From assembly GCA_049975265.1 (NCBI GenBank), contig JBNGDF010000031.1, positions 1-23,383 of the forward strand: a DNA stretch of 23,383 nucleotides, read 5' to 3'. The DNA comes from Fidelibacterota bacterium (lineage in GTDB: Bacteria > Fidelibacterota > UBA2242). The number at the start of each line of letters is the position of its first letter. Positions within the stretch are counted from its first letter, which is position 1. Shown here piece after piece: positions 1 through 9,003 of this stretch. The notes below the pieces were generated by a model. The model saw only the letters and a list, made by a program, of their open reading frames with translations. It did no database searches and was not told where the DNA came from. Both the position numbers and the translations under genes were made by a program.

Positions 1-1
1 G

Positions 2-610
2 CAGCAGCTGTCGGCAATGACCGACAAGGTCAAAATCATCCACTTTTCGCAGTCTATCGAATGCAGCTACTGTCGTGAAACCCGGCAGTTACTTGAAGAG
101 CTGGTTCTGCTGTCCGATAAACTCTCCCTGGAAATCTATAATTTTCAACTTGATAAAGAAGAAGTTGTGAAATACAAAATTGACAAAATTCCGGCTACTA
201 TTTTAATCGCCAGTGATGGAACCGATCCCGGCATCCGCTTCTTTGGCATACCGTCGGGATATGAATTCATGAGCGTCATCGAGGATATTATTGATATATC
301 CAATCAGAATCACGGTTTTGACAAAGATCAATTAAACCAAATCCGGAAGATCAATCAGCCACTCCATATTCAGGTCTTTGTCACGCCCACCTGCCCATAC
401 TGCCCGCGTGCCGTTCGCATTGCCCATCGTCTCGCCTTAGCCAGTCAATACATTACAGGTGATATGGTCGAAGCCACTGAATTTCCTCACCTTACCCAAA
501 AATACTCCGTTCATGGCGTCCCGAAATCTATAATAAATGAAACTTCATCTCTGGATGGCGCTGTTCCCGAGCAGATGTTTCTGGATAAAATCATCCAGAC
601 AATCCAATAA
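2..610 (+). CDS. Protein disulfide oxidoreductase (tandem thioredoxin/glutaredoxin fold, AhpF-NTD/PDO-like), probably 5'-truncated by the window edge
   Basis: Two CxxC motifs (CSYC, CPYC), the GIPSGYEF motif and the cis-Pro motifs KIP and GVP. The frame is open from base 2 (QQLSA-M), so the true start probably lies upstream of the window. Confidence 0.88.
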   Translation, partial: QQLSAMTDKVKIIHFSQSIECSYCRETRQLLEELVLLSDKLSLEIYNFQLDKEEVVKYKIDKIPATILIASDGTDPGIRFFGIPSGYEFMSVIEDIIDISNQNHGFDKDQLNQIRKINQPLHIQVFVTPTCPYCPRAVRIAHRLALASQYITGDMVEATEFPHLTQKYSVHGVPKSIINETSSLDGAVPEQMFLDKIIQTIQ

Positions 611-649
611 CGCCATCGTGCTATTTTACAATTGAGACAAATTCATTGA

Positions 650-677
650 TGGATTTTCGCCCGCAAAGTGCTAAATT
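650..677 (+). promoter_or_regulatory. Putative sigma70-type promoter of the ECF sigma operon
   Basis: TGGATT(650-655)-N16-TAAATT(672-677), with extended -10 TG at 669-670. The same architecture recurs in other intergenic regions of the window. Confidence 0.5.
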
Positions 678-685
678 AGGGCGCT

Positions 686-1282
686 TTGGACACAAAACCA
701 CCATTCGATGAAGAACAGCTTGTCGCCCGCGCTAAACAGGGCGACCGCCAGGCACTGTCCCAACTGGTTATTGAATACCGCAGCCGGATTTACCATCTCG
801 GGTTGCGTTTAACCGGCAGTGAACAGGATGCCGAGGATATTCTTCAGGAAGCATTTTTGATCATGGTAAAAAAAATCCACCAGTTCAAAGGCAACTCGTC
901 ATTCTATACCTGGCTGTACCGAATCGCCGTGAATATCGGTCTGCGAAAACTGAAATCCAAACCCCGCAAATATCAGCATATCTCACTGGATGATCCCGAT
1001 ATTGAGCATATCGGCACCGCCGAGACCGCCGAATGGCCCGATTTTGACTACAGCCAGATCAGTCATAAGCCGTTTCGAAAAAAACTCGACAAACTCATCG
1101 AAAAACTGCCTGATATCTACCGAACCGTTTTTATCCTCCGCGATCTGCACGAACTTTCCACCGAAGACACCAGTAAAATTCTCCAGATTACACCATCAAA
1201 TACCAAGATTCGTCTCATGCGCGCGCGCAACTTCTTAAAGGAAGAACTTGAAAAGGTTATCACCAAAGAGGGTTTGATATGA
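686..1282 (+). CDS. ECF RNA polymerase sigma-70 factor
   Basis: Region 2 motifs DAEDILQEAF and FYTWLYRIAVN, region 4 motif LPDIYRTVFILRD...TKIRLMRAR. TTG start. Confidence 0.93.
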   Translation: MDTKPPFDEEQLVARAKQGDRQALSQLVIEYRSRIYHLGLRLTGSEQDAEDILQEAFLIMVKKIHQFKGNSSFYTWLYRIAVNIGLRKLKSKPRKYQHISLDDPDIEHIGTAETAEWPDFDYSQISHKPFRKKLDKLIEKLPDIYRTVFILRDLHELSTEDTSKILQITPSNTKIRLMRARNFLKEELEKVITKEGLI

Positions 1283-1539
1283 AAAATAACCCTGAACTTT
1301 ATAAAAAAATTTGCGAATATCTCGGCTGTGATATCGACTCCGAGCCCTGCCAGCAAATTAAGGAATATCTAGCGGAGTGCCCCGGCTGCAAAGTCTATGT
1401 TGACAAACTGAAAAAAACCGTCAACCTGTATAAAGCAGCCGACAACTGCGACGAAATTCCTGATAAAGTCTGTACCGAATTGTTTATCTCTTTAAACCTC
1501 GATGACCAGTCCAAATCCGGAACGGACGCTGGTTACTAA
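1279..1539 (+). CDS. Soluble Cys-rich anti-sigma factor (ZAS/zf-HC2-like, atypical YxxxCxxC)
   Basis: ATGA overlap with the ECF sigma gene. 86 aa with 7 Cys. YLAECPGC aligns with the HxxxCxxC motif. No TM segment. Confidence 0.8.
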   Translation: MKNNPELYKKICEYLGCDIDSEPCQQIKEYLAECPGCKVYVDKLKKTVNLYKAADNCDEIPDKVCTELFISLNLDDQSKSGTDAGY

Positions 1540-1550
1540 TCCTAATTCCT

Positions 1551-1757
1551 ATGATTTCTATTGACTCCGAGATAGAAGATATCGTCAACGATTATCCCGA
1601 ACTTATTCGCCCGCTCCGTGAGTACGGCATCGTCTGCATCGCCTGCGGCGAACCGGTCTGGGGCACTTTGGGCGAGCTAGCCAAATCGAAGAACATCTCC
1701 GATATTGATAAAATCATTGCCAAAATGAATCAGATTATCACGAAAGGTAAATCATAA
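1551..1757 (+). CDS. DUF1858 family small CxxC protein
   Basis: 68 aa with the pattern I.DIV..YPE....L...G..CIAC......TL.E typical of DUF1858. Confidence 0.8.
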   Translation: MISIDSEIEDIVNDYPELIRPLREYGIVCIACGEPVWGTLGELAKSKNISDIDKIIAKMNQIITKGKS

Positions 1758-2170
1758 TGCGGGTTACTGTTCAGCGCGCCAAGGGCGCCACCTTTATCGC
1801 CAAAGGCGATTCCAATCACTGGATCGTACTCGATTCCGTCGAGAAATTCGGCGGCAGCGACGCCGCCTCCAGACCGATGGAGATGCTGCTGATGGCATTG
1901 GGTGGCTGTACCGCCATGGACATCGAATCACTGCTTAATAAAATGCGTACCCCGGTGTCAGATTTCCGGGTAGAGATTCACGCCGAACGCAAAGCGGATC
2001 ACCCCAAGGTCTTTACAAAAATCCATCTCACCTTCATATTTTCCGGTGACAACCTGAACAAAGCCAATATTGCCAAAGCCGTTCGTCTGTCGCAGGAAAA
2101 ATACTGTTCTGTGACGGTAATGCTGAGTCAGGCGGTCGATATCAGCTACGAAATAAAATATGCCGGCTGA
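1757..2170 (+). CDS. OsmC/Ohr family protein (YhfA-like)
   Basis: RPMEMLLMALGGCTAMD and SQEKYCSV motifs carry both conserved Cys. TAATG overlap with the upstream gene. Confidence 0.92.
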   Translation: MRVTVQRAKGATFIAKGDSNHWIVLDSVEKFGGSDAASRPMEMLLMALGGCTAMDIESLLNKMRTPVSDFRVEIHAERKADHPKVFTKIHLTFIFSGDNLNKANIAKAVRLSQEKYCSVTVMLSQAVDISYEIKYAG

Positions 2171-2186
2171 TCAAAGCCATCGATAC

Positions 2187-3494
2187 CTATTCCGCTTCCA
2201 TTTTTAATTGTATTATCTCCCGACGTTCCTTTTCGATACGCTCGGGGTTTTTGGACTTTTTCTCCAGTACATCGAGCAGCTGAAGCGCCTCGTCATACAG
2301 TTTTTGCTTCTTGAATACCTCCACCAGCGTGAAAGTCGGAACCGGAATTTTCAGCTCCACCTTTGCGCCGTTTTCCGTATCGGCTGAAATATCCTTTTTA
2401 GCGGGAGCTTCAGGAGCGGGCTTTTTGACCGCTTTTTTCGGCGGTTCCGCTTCCGCCACCTCCGGCGTCTGCTGTTTTTCGTCCGGCGGCGATGGAACCT
2501 TCCGACGGATTGTCTCAAAATCCTGCTGCTCATCCTTCTTCTCTTTTAACGGAACGGTATATTTTACATTGGGTCTTTTATACAGGCTGTTCTGATGATC
2601 CTCTTCTTGCGGCGCTTCGACAACCGGTAGAGACCAATTTTCCTTCTGGACCTCATCGAGCGGTTTTGACTTTAGTTTGGCAAACATATCACTCAGTGCC
2701 GCAGCGCTCTGCCCCGCAGCGGTTGCCGGTGGTGAAGCTGGCGGAGGTGTCTCCGCTTCCGCCTTCTGTCCGGGTTCTGTGGAAATTTCCTCCTCTTCAG
2801 AAGCCGGCTCAGCGGTGGTTATCGGTTCCTCCGGCTCAGTGTCCCGATCTTCAATATCCTCCGCTTCCAGCTGCGGTTCCGGATCAACGGCAATGTTCGT
2901 CTCCGGTTCTTCTTCCTCGGTTGCCTCCGGCGGTCCGAGATGAGCCTCCTCTTCGCTCAACACCGGCTTTTCTTCCGCCTCAACCGTTTGCGTATTCTCC
3001 TCCGGCGCTATCTCTGTTTCTGTCTCACTGCGCGCTGTGGTCTGCTGAATCTTAATCTCCGGAAGGCGAATATTTTTCAAAAAATTGCGGTCCGGGTCTT
3101 CGGCAATGCGCCCGAATTCGGCGCTGGCATTTTCATCGTAGGGATTCAATTCGATAATTTTTTCATAGCAGGCTTTGCGTGCTCCGGGACTGAGCTGCTC
3201 CCGAGCTGCCGCCAACATTAAATAATAGGCACTTAAAAATCCGGAGTCCAGATCAACCGCCTGCTTCAAATACTCCAGCGCCGCGGCAACATCACCGGCG
3301 TTTATCTCCACCTGCGCCAGCAGGAAATAGCCGTAAGGGGAACCGGGATTTTCGGTAATCACCTTTTGACACAGTGCCATGGCATCATTCGGCATATTTT
3401 CCTTCAGATAGAGGTCTGCCAGCGCAAGTCGTAGCTGACTGCCCGCATGGGTTTTTACATAGGCTTCCAGCACGGTTCTGTTTTGTACATCCAT
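2187..3494 (-). CDS. Tetratricopeptide-repeat protein with long acidic low-complexity linker
   Basis: The N-terminal ~125 aa are TPR-like helices (LADLYLKE...NPGSPYGYFLLAQ...), the middle is E/P/A-rich and the C-terminus is a TPR-like motif. AAGGAG SD lies 7 nt before the ATG. Confidence 0.8.
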   Translation of the reverse strand: MDVQNRTVLEAYVKTHAGSQLRLALADLYLKENMPNDAMALCQKVITENPGSPYGYFLLAQVEINAGDVAAALEYLKQAVDLDSGFLSAYYLMLAAAREQLSPGARKACYEKIIELNPYDENASAEFGRIAEDPDRNFLKNIRLPEIKIQQTTARSETETEIAPEENTQTVEAEEKPVLSEEEAHLGPPEATEEEEPETNIAVDPEPQLEAEDIEDRDTEPEEPITTAEPASEEEEISTEPGQKAEAETPPPASPPATAAGQSAAALSDMFAKLKSKPLDEVQKENWSLPVVEAPQEEDHQNSLYKRPNVKYTVPLKEKKDEQQDFETIRRKVPSPPDEKQQTPEVAEAEPPKKAVKKPAPEAPAKKDISADTENGAKVELKIPVPTFTLVEVFKKQKLYDEALQLLDVLEKKSKNPERIEKERREIIQLKMEAE

Positions 3495-3526
3495 GAATGA
3501 CTCCTTTTACAACCAATCTCTTGGGG

Positions 3527-3554
3527 AATTTATGACCAATCGCCGATAAATCCA
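3527..3554 (-). promoter_or_regulatory. Putative promoter of the TPR gene
   Basis: Minus strand TGGATT-N16-TAAATT in the radC/TPR intergenic gap. Confidence 0.5.
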
Positions 3555-3568
3555 CTCTTTTTTCGGCA

Positions 3569-4282
3569 TCACAACAACCCCTTATCCGCAAAACTGCTGT
3601 ACTGATTTCCGGCGATGATCAGGTGATCCAGGACGGGAATATTCATCATTTTACCACTCGCCACCATCTGGCGTGTCAGCTGAATATCCTCATTGCTCGG
3701 GTCCGGATTACCGCTGGGGTGATTATGAATCAGGATCACCGCCGCCGCCGATGCCAAAACCGCCTCCCGGAAGACCTCGCGCGGTGTCACCACCGAAGCG
3801 TTCAGAATTCCCTCCGACACAATCACGTCCCGGATCAGACGGTTATTACTAGCCAGCAGCAGCACCATGAATATTTCCCGGTTGAGATCGCGCAGGCGGG
3901 GAATGTAGAGTCGGGCAACCGCCTCCGAAGAGCGCAGAATTTTATCCGGTATTGCTGATTCGGCAACTTCCAAGCGCCGAGCCAACTGGACCGCCGCGGC
4001 GATGGTAACCGCCTTAGTCCTTCCCATTCCTTTGATGTTTAATTGTAAAATATCCTTATAATCCATTCGTGCCAGGTTATTCAAACCACCAACCCGGGTG
4101 AGCAGCTCGCGGGCAACATCCAGCGCGGAATTGGGTCCGGCTCCGGAACGGATCAGAATCGCCAGGAGCTCCACCTCACTGAGCTTCATCGGTCCATATT
4201 GCATCAATTTTTCCCGGGGTCGCTCGGATTCGGGCCAGTTGGAAATGGGCAATCGATAGTATGTCTGCTCCCGAGCCTTCAT
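3569..4282 (-). CDS. radC: RadC family JAB-domain protein (full length)
   Basis: ERPREKL...LSEVELLAILIRSG N-terminus, HhH-like region and JAB motif HNHPSGNPDPSNED...LDHLII. Confidence 0.95.
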   Translation of the reverse strand: MKAREQTYYRLPISNWPESERPREKLMQYGPMKLSEVELLAILIRSGAGPNSALDVARELLTRVGGLNNLARMDYKDILQLNIKGMGRTKAVTIAAAVQLARRLEVAESAIPDKILRSSEAVARLYIPRLRDLNREIFMVLLLASNNRLIRDVIVSEGILNASVVTPREVFREAVLASAAAVILIHNHPSGNPDPSNEDIQLTRQMVASGKMMNIPVLDHLIIAGNQYSSFADKGLL

Positions 4283-4288
4283 CTTCTC

Positions 4289-4735
4289 TTACACCGCCCG
4301 GCTGTCCAGTACAAAGGTCACCGGACCGTCGTTGTTCAGCCGGACATCCATCATTGCGCCGAATTCACCACTTGCAACCGGCACCGACTCCTCTGCAAAA
4401 CGACGAATAAAATATTCGTACAGCGCCCGGCCTTTCGCCGGTTCCGCCGCCCGGATAAAGCTGGGTCGGCGCCCCTTGCGCCAGTCACCACAGAGGGTGA
4501 ATTGGGACACCACCAGCAGGCTCCCGCCCACATCTTTGAGCGACCGGTTCATTTTCCCCTGATCATCGTTGAAAATGCGCAAATTGACGATCTTATTTAT
4601 CAAAAAATCCGCATCCTTTTCGGTATCATCCTGAAACACCCCCTGGAGCACCAGCAATCCTGCGCCAATCTCACCGACAAGCCGGTCGCCCACAGTGACC
4701 GACGCCCTTTTACAGCGTTGTATAACGGTGATCAT
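4289..4735 (-). CDS. dtd: D-aminoacyl-tRNA deacylase
   Basis: VIQR, LRIF, SQFTL, KGRRPSF, FGAMM and NDGPVT motifs. ATGA overlap with dnaE. Confidence 0.97.
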   Translation of the reverse strand: MITVIQRCKRASVTVGDRLVGEIGAGLLVLQGVFQDDTEKDADFLINKIVNLRIFNDDQGKMNRSLKDVGGSLLVVSQFTLCGDWRKGRRPSFIRAAEPAKGRALYEYFIRRFAEESVPVASGEFGAMMDVRLNNDGPVTFVLDSRAV

Positions 4736-7700
4736 CGCTCCACCCAGACATTCTCATCGCCGAGCCGCTTGACCAGCGCCGCAACGAATTTTTTACGGGG
4801 ACTCACTTTCAATTCGCTGCGGATTGCCCGGATATTGTAATCAGAAAATTTAAGATGAATAATCAGGCTGCCGTCCCCGGGATATTTTTGCGCCAAATCC
4901 CTGATCTCCATCAGTAAATCATCGCTGGCGGAGTGACCCGGAATGCGAATATGGACCTTTTTGGAATTTTTATCCATGTAGCCTTCCAGCGGGCAGATTT
5001 CTTCGGCGATAATCTTGCCTTCATCACCAGTCCGGCAGCTGACTTTGCCGTGGACAAAGACCGGCTTGTCCAGCTGAATGTATTCATTGTACTTGCTAAA
5101 TACATCGGCAAAGGCAAGCACCTCCACCGTTCCGTTCAGGCTCTCCAGGGTGAGAAATGCCATCAGGCGGTTTTTGCGGTCCATCATTTTCCGGATGCCG
5201 GAGATCAGTCCGCCCAGTTTGATGCTGGCTTTATCCAAAGCCTCCAGCGGTTCCGTAAAATCATAATTGGAAAAGGACTCGATCTCCGTCTTATACTGTA
5301 ACAACGGGTGTCCGCTCAGATACATACCCACCGCCTCCTTTTCCCGGGACCAGCGCTCGGCGTCCCCCCAGCGGGGCACATCGGGTAGCTTCGGCTCCTG
5401 CAAGACTGAGTCTGGATTGCCAGCTCCCAGTTCGAACAGGCTGACCTGATCGGCATTTTTTTCCCGTTGAAAACTGCGGGCATATTGAATCGCCTCATCA
5501 ATGGCTTCGAACTGCTGGGCACGGCTGCCCTCCAGATCATCCGTGGCACCCGCCGCCACCAGGCTCTCCAGCGCCTTGCGATTCACGGACTTCAGGTCCA
5601 GTGCACTGACAAATTCAAAGAGTGTTTTAAAAGGTCCCGCCTCTTTTCGGGCGGCGACAATATCCTCCGCGGCACGACCACCGACATTTTTAATCGCATT
5701 CAAACCATAGCGAATTCCACCGTCTTCCGGCGTAAAGTTGACCTCGCTCCGGTTGATGCTGGGCGGCAGGATATCGGAGCCCATGCTGCGAACCTCATTG
5801 GAGAGGATCACTACACGGGCGGTGTTGTTCATTTCGCTGGTGAGATTGGCAGCCATGAATTCCGCCGGATAGTGGGCTTTCAAATAGCCGACGCGGTATG
5901 CTAGCACCGCATAGGCGGCGGAATGACTTTTGTTGAAACCGTAGCGGGCAAATTTCTCGATTAATGCAAAGATCTCTTCCGCTTTTCCGAGGGAGATACC
6001 CTTTGCAACGGCACCGTCGAGGAACTCCCTTTTTAAATCAAACATGGTGGTTTTTTGCTTTTTCCCCATGGCGCGCCGCATCAGATCGGCTTTCGCCAGA
6101 GAAAATCCCCCGATGGCGCTGACAATCTGCATGACCTGTTCCTGGTAAACAATAATGCCGTGGGTATCTTTCAGGATCGGTTCCTGATCGGGGTGCAGAT
6201 AGGTGATCCTTGCCCGCCCCTGTTTACGGGCAATGAAATCATCAATCATAGCCATCGGACCGGGGCGGTAAAGCGCATTCATGGCGATCAGGTCCTCGAT
6301 ACCGGAAGGCTTCAATTTTTTCAGATAATCCCGCATGCCCGCCGATTCAAACTGGAAAATACCGATGGTGCGTCCCTCTCCGAACAGGCGCAGTGTCTCG
6401 GGGTCTTCTTCCGGAATCTCCTCCAGGTCCAGTTCAATGCCTCTGTTCCGCAGAGCCGTCAGGGTATTATCAATGACCGTCAGATTGCGTAGTCCCAGAA
6501 AGTCCACTTTCAACAAACCGATCTTGTCAATGCTTTTCATATCGTATTGCGTCGTCACATCTCCGTTCGACGACTGATAGAGGGGCACAAAATCGGTCAG
6601 ATCGCCGGGCGCAATCACGACACCGGCGGCATGCGTCGAAGCATGCCGGTTCATTCCCTCCAGAACCAGCGAAATATCAAACAGCTTTTTATGTGCCTCA
6701 TCGAGTTCTGCCGCCTCTTTCAGCTCCGGATTGCGCTCCAGCGACTCCCTTAAGCTCACATTGGGTCCCTCGGGAACCAACTTGGCAATCCGGTCCATTT
6801 CAGCCAGCGGCATGCCCATGACCCGCCCGACATCGCGGATCACCAGACGAGCTTTCATCTTCCCGAACGTAATAATCTGGGTCACGCTGGCGGCACCGTA
6901 TTTTTCCTTTATATAATCGATCACCCGGTTGCGCTTTTCATCGCAGAAATCGATATCAATATCGGGCATGGAAATCCGGTCGGGATTCAGGAAACGCTCG
7001 AAAATCAGCTTGTATTTCAGCGGATCAATATCGGTGATCTCCAGCGCATACGCGACGATACTGCCCGCCGCCGAACCACGTCCGGGACCAACGGGAATAT
7101 TGTTGGTCTTAGCGAAATGGACAAAGTCCTGTACAATCAGAAAATAGCCGGCAAACCCCATTTTTTTAATGACACTCAGCTCGTAATCAGCCCGCTCCGC
7201 GATTGCCGGTGTCACATCATCGTAACGTCTTTTTAATCCGACGTAGACCAGCTCCCTCAGATACTCATCCGCCGTCTGATTCTGCTTATCCGGCGGTAGG
7301 GGAAACTTCGGCAGGAAATTTTTCCCGATGTCCAGCTTTACATTGCACTGTTCGGCAATTTTGAGCGTATTCTCAATAACCTCAGAATCACCGGGAAACA
7401 GCGCCTTCATCTCATCGCCGGACTTCAGCCAGTAATCATGCGGTTCGTAGCGCAGGCGGTCGGGATCGCTCAACTCCTTGCCGAGCCCCAGACAGAAGTG
7501 TACGTCGTGTGCCTCCCAATGCTCAGCCCGGGCATAATGAGTGTCATTGGTAGCAACCCGCGGCAGTCCGGTCTCGGCGGCGATTCTCTTCGACACCGCA
7601 TACCAGCGCTCTTCTTCTTTCAGCGAGTGATTCTGCACCTCGAGATAGAAACGGTCTTTAAAAATCTCCGCATAATCCAGAGCCGCCTCTTTGGCGCGTT

Positions 7701-8163
7701 CGTAATCCCCCTTTAACGCCAGTTGCTGAATCCTGCCCTGGATACAAGCCGATGTCGCAATCAGACCTTCGTTGTACTTCAGCAGCAATTCCCGATCCAC
7801 CCGCGGTCGGTAGTAGTACCCTTCCAGATAAGCCAGGCTGGCTAGTTTGATTAAATTCTTATAACCCTGATTGTTCTGCACCAAAAGCAACAGATGGTGA
7901 TTGCCGGCACCGCCCTGACTCTTCGGCTTTTTATCGAAGCGGCTCTTTTCCGCTACATAGACTTCACAACCGATGATCGGCTTGATCCCATGTTTTTTCG
8001 CGGCCGTGTAAAAGGGCACGACACTAAACATATTGCCGTGTTCGGTCAGCGCCACCGCCGACATTCCCAGCTCTTTGACCCGCCTGAGCAATTCCTCAAT
8101 GGTCTGGGCACCATCCAGCAAACTGTAGTCGGAGTGATTGTGAAGATGGACAAAATCAGTCAT
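4732..8163 (-). CDS. dnaE: DNA polymerase III alpha subunit
   Basis: PHP domain [21 protein letters not shown], catalytic PDIDIDF and KVDFLGL, YGFNKSH, clamp-binding QVSLF and OB fold. 1143 aa with no intein. Confidence 0.98.
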   Translation of the reverse strand: MTDFVHLHNHSDYSLLDGAQTIEELLRRVKELGMSAVALTEHGNMFSVVPFYTAAKKHGIKPIIGCEVYVAEKSRFDKKPKSQGGAGNHHLLLLVQNNQGYKNLIKLASLAYLEGYYYRPRVDRELLLKYNEGLIATSACIQGRIQQLALKGDYERAKEAALDYAEIFKDRFYLEVQNHSLKEEERWYAVSKRIAAETGLPRVATNDTHYARAEHWEAHDVHFCLGLGKELSDPDRLRYEPHDYWLKSGDEMKALFPGDSEVIENTLKIAEQCNVKLDIGKNFLPKFPLPPDKQNQTADEYLRELVYVGLKRRYDDVTPAIAERADYELSVIKKMGFAGYFLIVQDFVHFAKTNNIPVGPGRGSAAGSIVAYALEITDIDPLKYKLIFERFLNPDRISMPDIDIDFCDEKRNRVIDYIKEKYGAASVTQIITFGKMKARLVIRDVGRVMGMPLAEMDRIAKLVPEGPNVSLRESLERNPELKEAAELDEAHKKLFDISLVLEGMNRHASTHAAGVVIAPGDLTDFVPLYQSSNGDVTTQYDMKSIDKIGLLKVDFLGLRNLTVIDNTLTALRNRGIELDLEEIPEEDPETLRLFGEGRTIGIFQFESAGMRDYLKKLKPSGIEDLIAMNALYRPGPMAMIDDFIARKQGRARITYLHPDQEPILKDTHGIIVYQEQVMQIVSAIGGFSLAKADLMRRAMGKKQKTTMFDLKREFLDGAVAKGISLGKAEEIFALIEKFARYGFNKSHSAAYAVLAYRVGYLKAHYPAEFMAANLTSEMNNTARVVILSNEVRSMGSDILPPSINRSEVNFTPEDGGIRYGLNAIKNVGGRAAEDIVAARKEAGPFKTLFEFVSALDLKSVNRKALESLVAAGATDDLEGSRAQQFEAIDEAIQYARSFQREKNADQVSLFELGAGNPDSVLQEPKLPDVPRWGDAERWSREKEAVGMYLSGHPLLQYKTEIESFSNYDFTEPLEALDKASIKLGGLISGIRKMMDRKNRLMAFLTLESLNGTVEVLAFADVFSKYNEYIQLDKPVFVHGKVSCRTGDEGKIIAEEICPLEGYMDKNSKKVHIRIPGHSASDDLLMEIRDLAQKYPGDGSLIIHLKFSDYNIRAIRSELKVSPRKKFVAALVKRLGDENVWVER

Positions 8164-9003
8164 CTAATACTTCCCCAGAAAAATTGCCAGCAATCCAAAG
8201 AAAATATCGACCTTCAACAGTGCTGCCAACCGGCCACAATTTGCAGCCGTACCGTTCTGACTTAGTGAATATAAAAAATATCCCAGGGGAATTTCAACTG
8301 TAAAAACCAGCACCAGCAAATAGTAATTCCCATAGATATTCAGAAAATAGGGCAGCAGGGCTCCCAACATCAGCAGAACCGTTATTGCAGTAATGATAAG
8401 CCGTGTATGGAAAACCCCGATAATCAGCGGTATCGTGCGGGCTTTCACGATGCGGTCGCCTTTCATATCCTGGATATCCTTGACGATCTCGCGAATCAAA
8501 TTGAAACCGAACGCCAGAAAAAAGGGTGGAATCCCTTTGCGGATATCACCGAACAGAGAAGCCGCAAACAGAAACGTCATTCCCAGAATCAGACTGACGA
8601 AAAGATTACCGGAAAAGGGTCGTACCTTAAAATAGAGACTGTAACTGATCAGGATAAAGAGGGCGATCCCCATTATCCCTGCCAGCTCCCACGTTACGAC
8701 CGGAACGCTCAGCAGCGTACCAGCAATAAATAAAACAATAGAGGTCACCAAAGCACTCTGTCGTGAAATCGTGCCTTTCGGAATCGGTCGTCCGGGACGG
8801 TTGATTTTATCGATCTCCGCATCGCAGACATCATTCAGGGCATTCCCGGCGCCGGTATAGGACCAGACAACCCCCAGTGCCAGAAGGATCCGCCTCCAGT
8901 CCGGAAATGTCTCCATCAGTGTCGCGGTTACCAGCACTGCGATTCCGCCCTGCAAAAGATTGAGCGGGCGCAACAGACGGAGGATTTCCCAGACCTTTTT
9001 CAT
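8164..9003 (-). CDS. UbiA-superfamily prenyltransferase, geranylgeranylglycerol-phosphate geranylgeranyltransferase (DGGGP synthase)-like
   Basis: LRPLN N-terminus, GNALNDVCDAEIDKINRPGRPIPKG and REIVKDIQDMKGD Asp-rich motifs, and multiple hydrophobic TM segments. Confidence 0.85.
   Translation of the reverse strand: MKKVWEILRLLRPLNLLQGGIAVLVTATLMETFPDWRRILLALGVVWSYTGAGNALNDVCDAEIDKINRPGRPIPKGTISRQSALVTSIVLFIAGTLLSVPVVTWELAGIMGIALFILISYSLYFKVRPFSGNLFVSLILGMTFLFAASLFGDIRKGIPPFFLAFGFNLIREIVKDIQDMKGDRIVKARTIPLIIGVFHTRLIITAITVLLMLGALLPYFLNIYGNYYLLVLVFTVEIPLGYFLYSLSQNGTAANCGRLAALLKVDIFFGLLAIFLGKY

Noticed and set aside
2..2170. Selenocysteine recoding or horizontal origin of the redox cluster
   Set aside because: All redox motifs use Cys codons with no in-frame TGA at motif positions. 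The region looks slightly more AT-rich by eye, but I did not measure this and there are no mobility signatures.
2400..3050. Repetitive-looking tcc/ggc/ttc tract
   Set aside because: Explained by the Glu/Pro/Ala-rich coding sequence of the TPR protein. There is no regular repeat-spacer periodicity, so it is not CRISPR or a tandem repeat.
3569..4282. radC as a marker of a mobile element
   Set aside because: It is the full-length chromosomal form with the N-terminal domain, coupled to dnaE-dtd, not the short JAB-only form found on ICEs and prophages.
4732..8163. Intein or split in dnaE
   Set aside because: The length is normal (1143 aa), the motifs are continuous, and there is no C...HN splice signature insertion.
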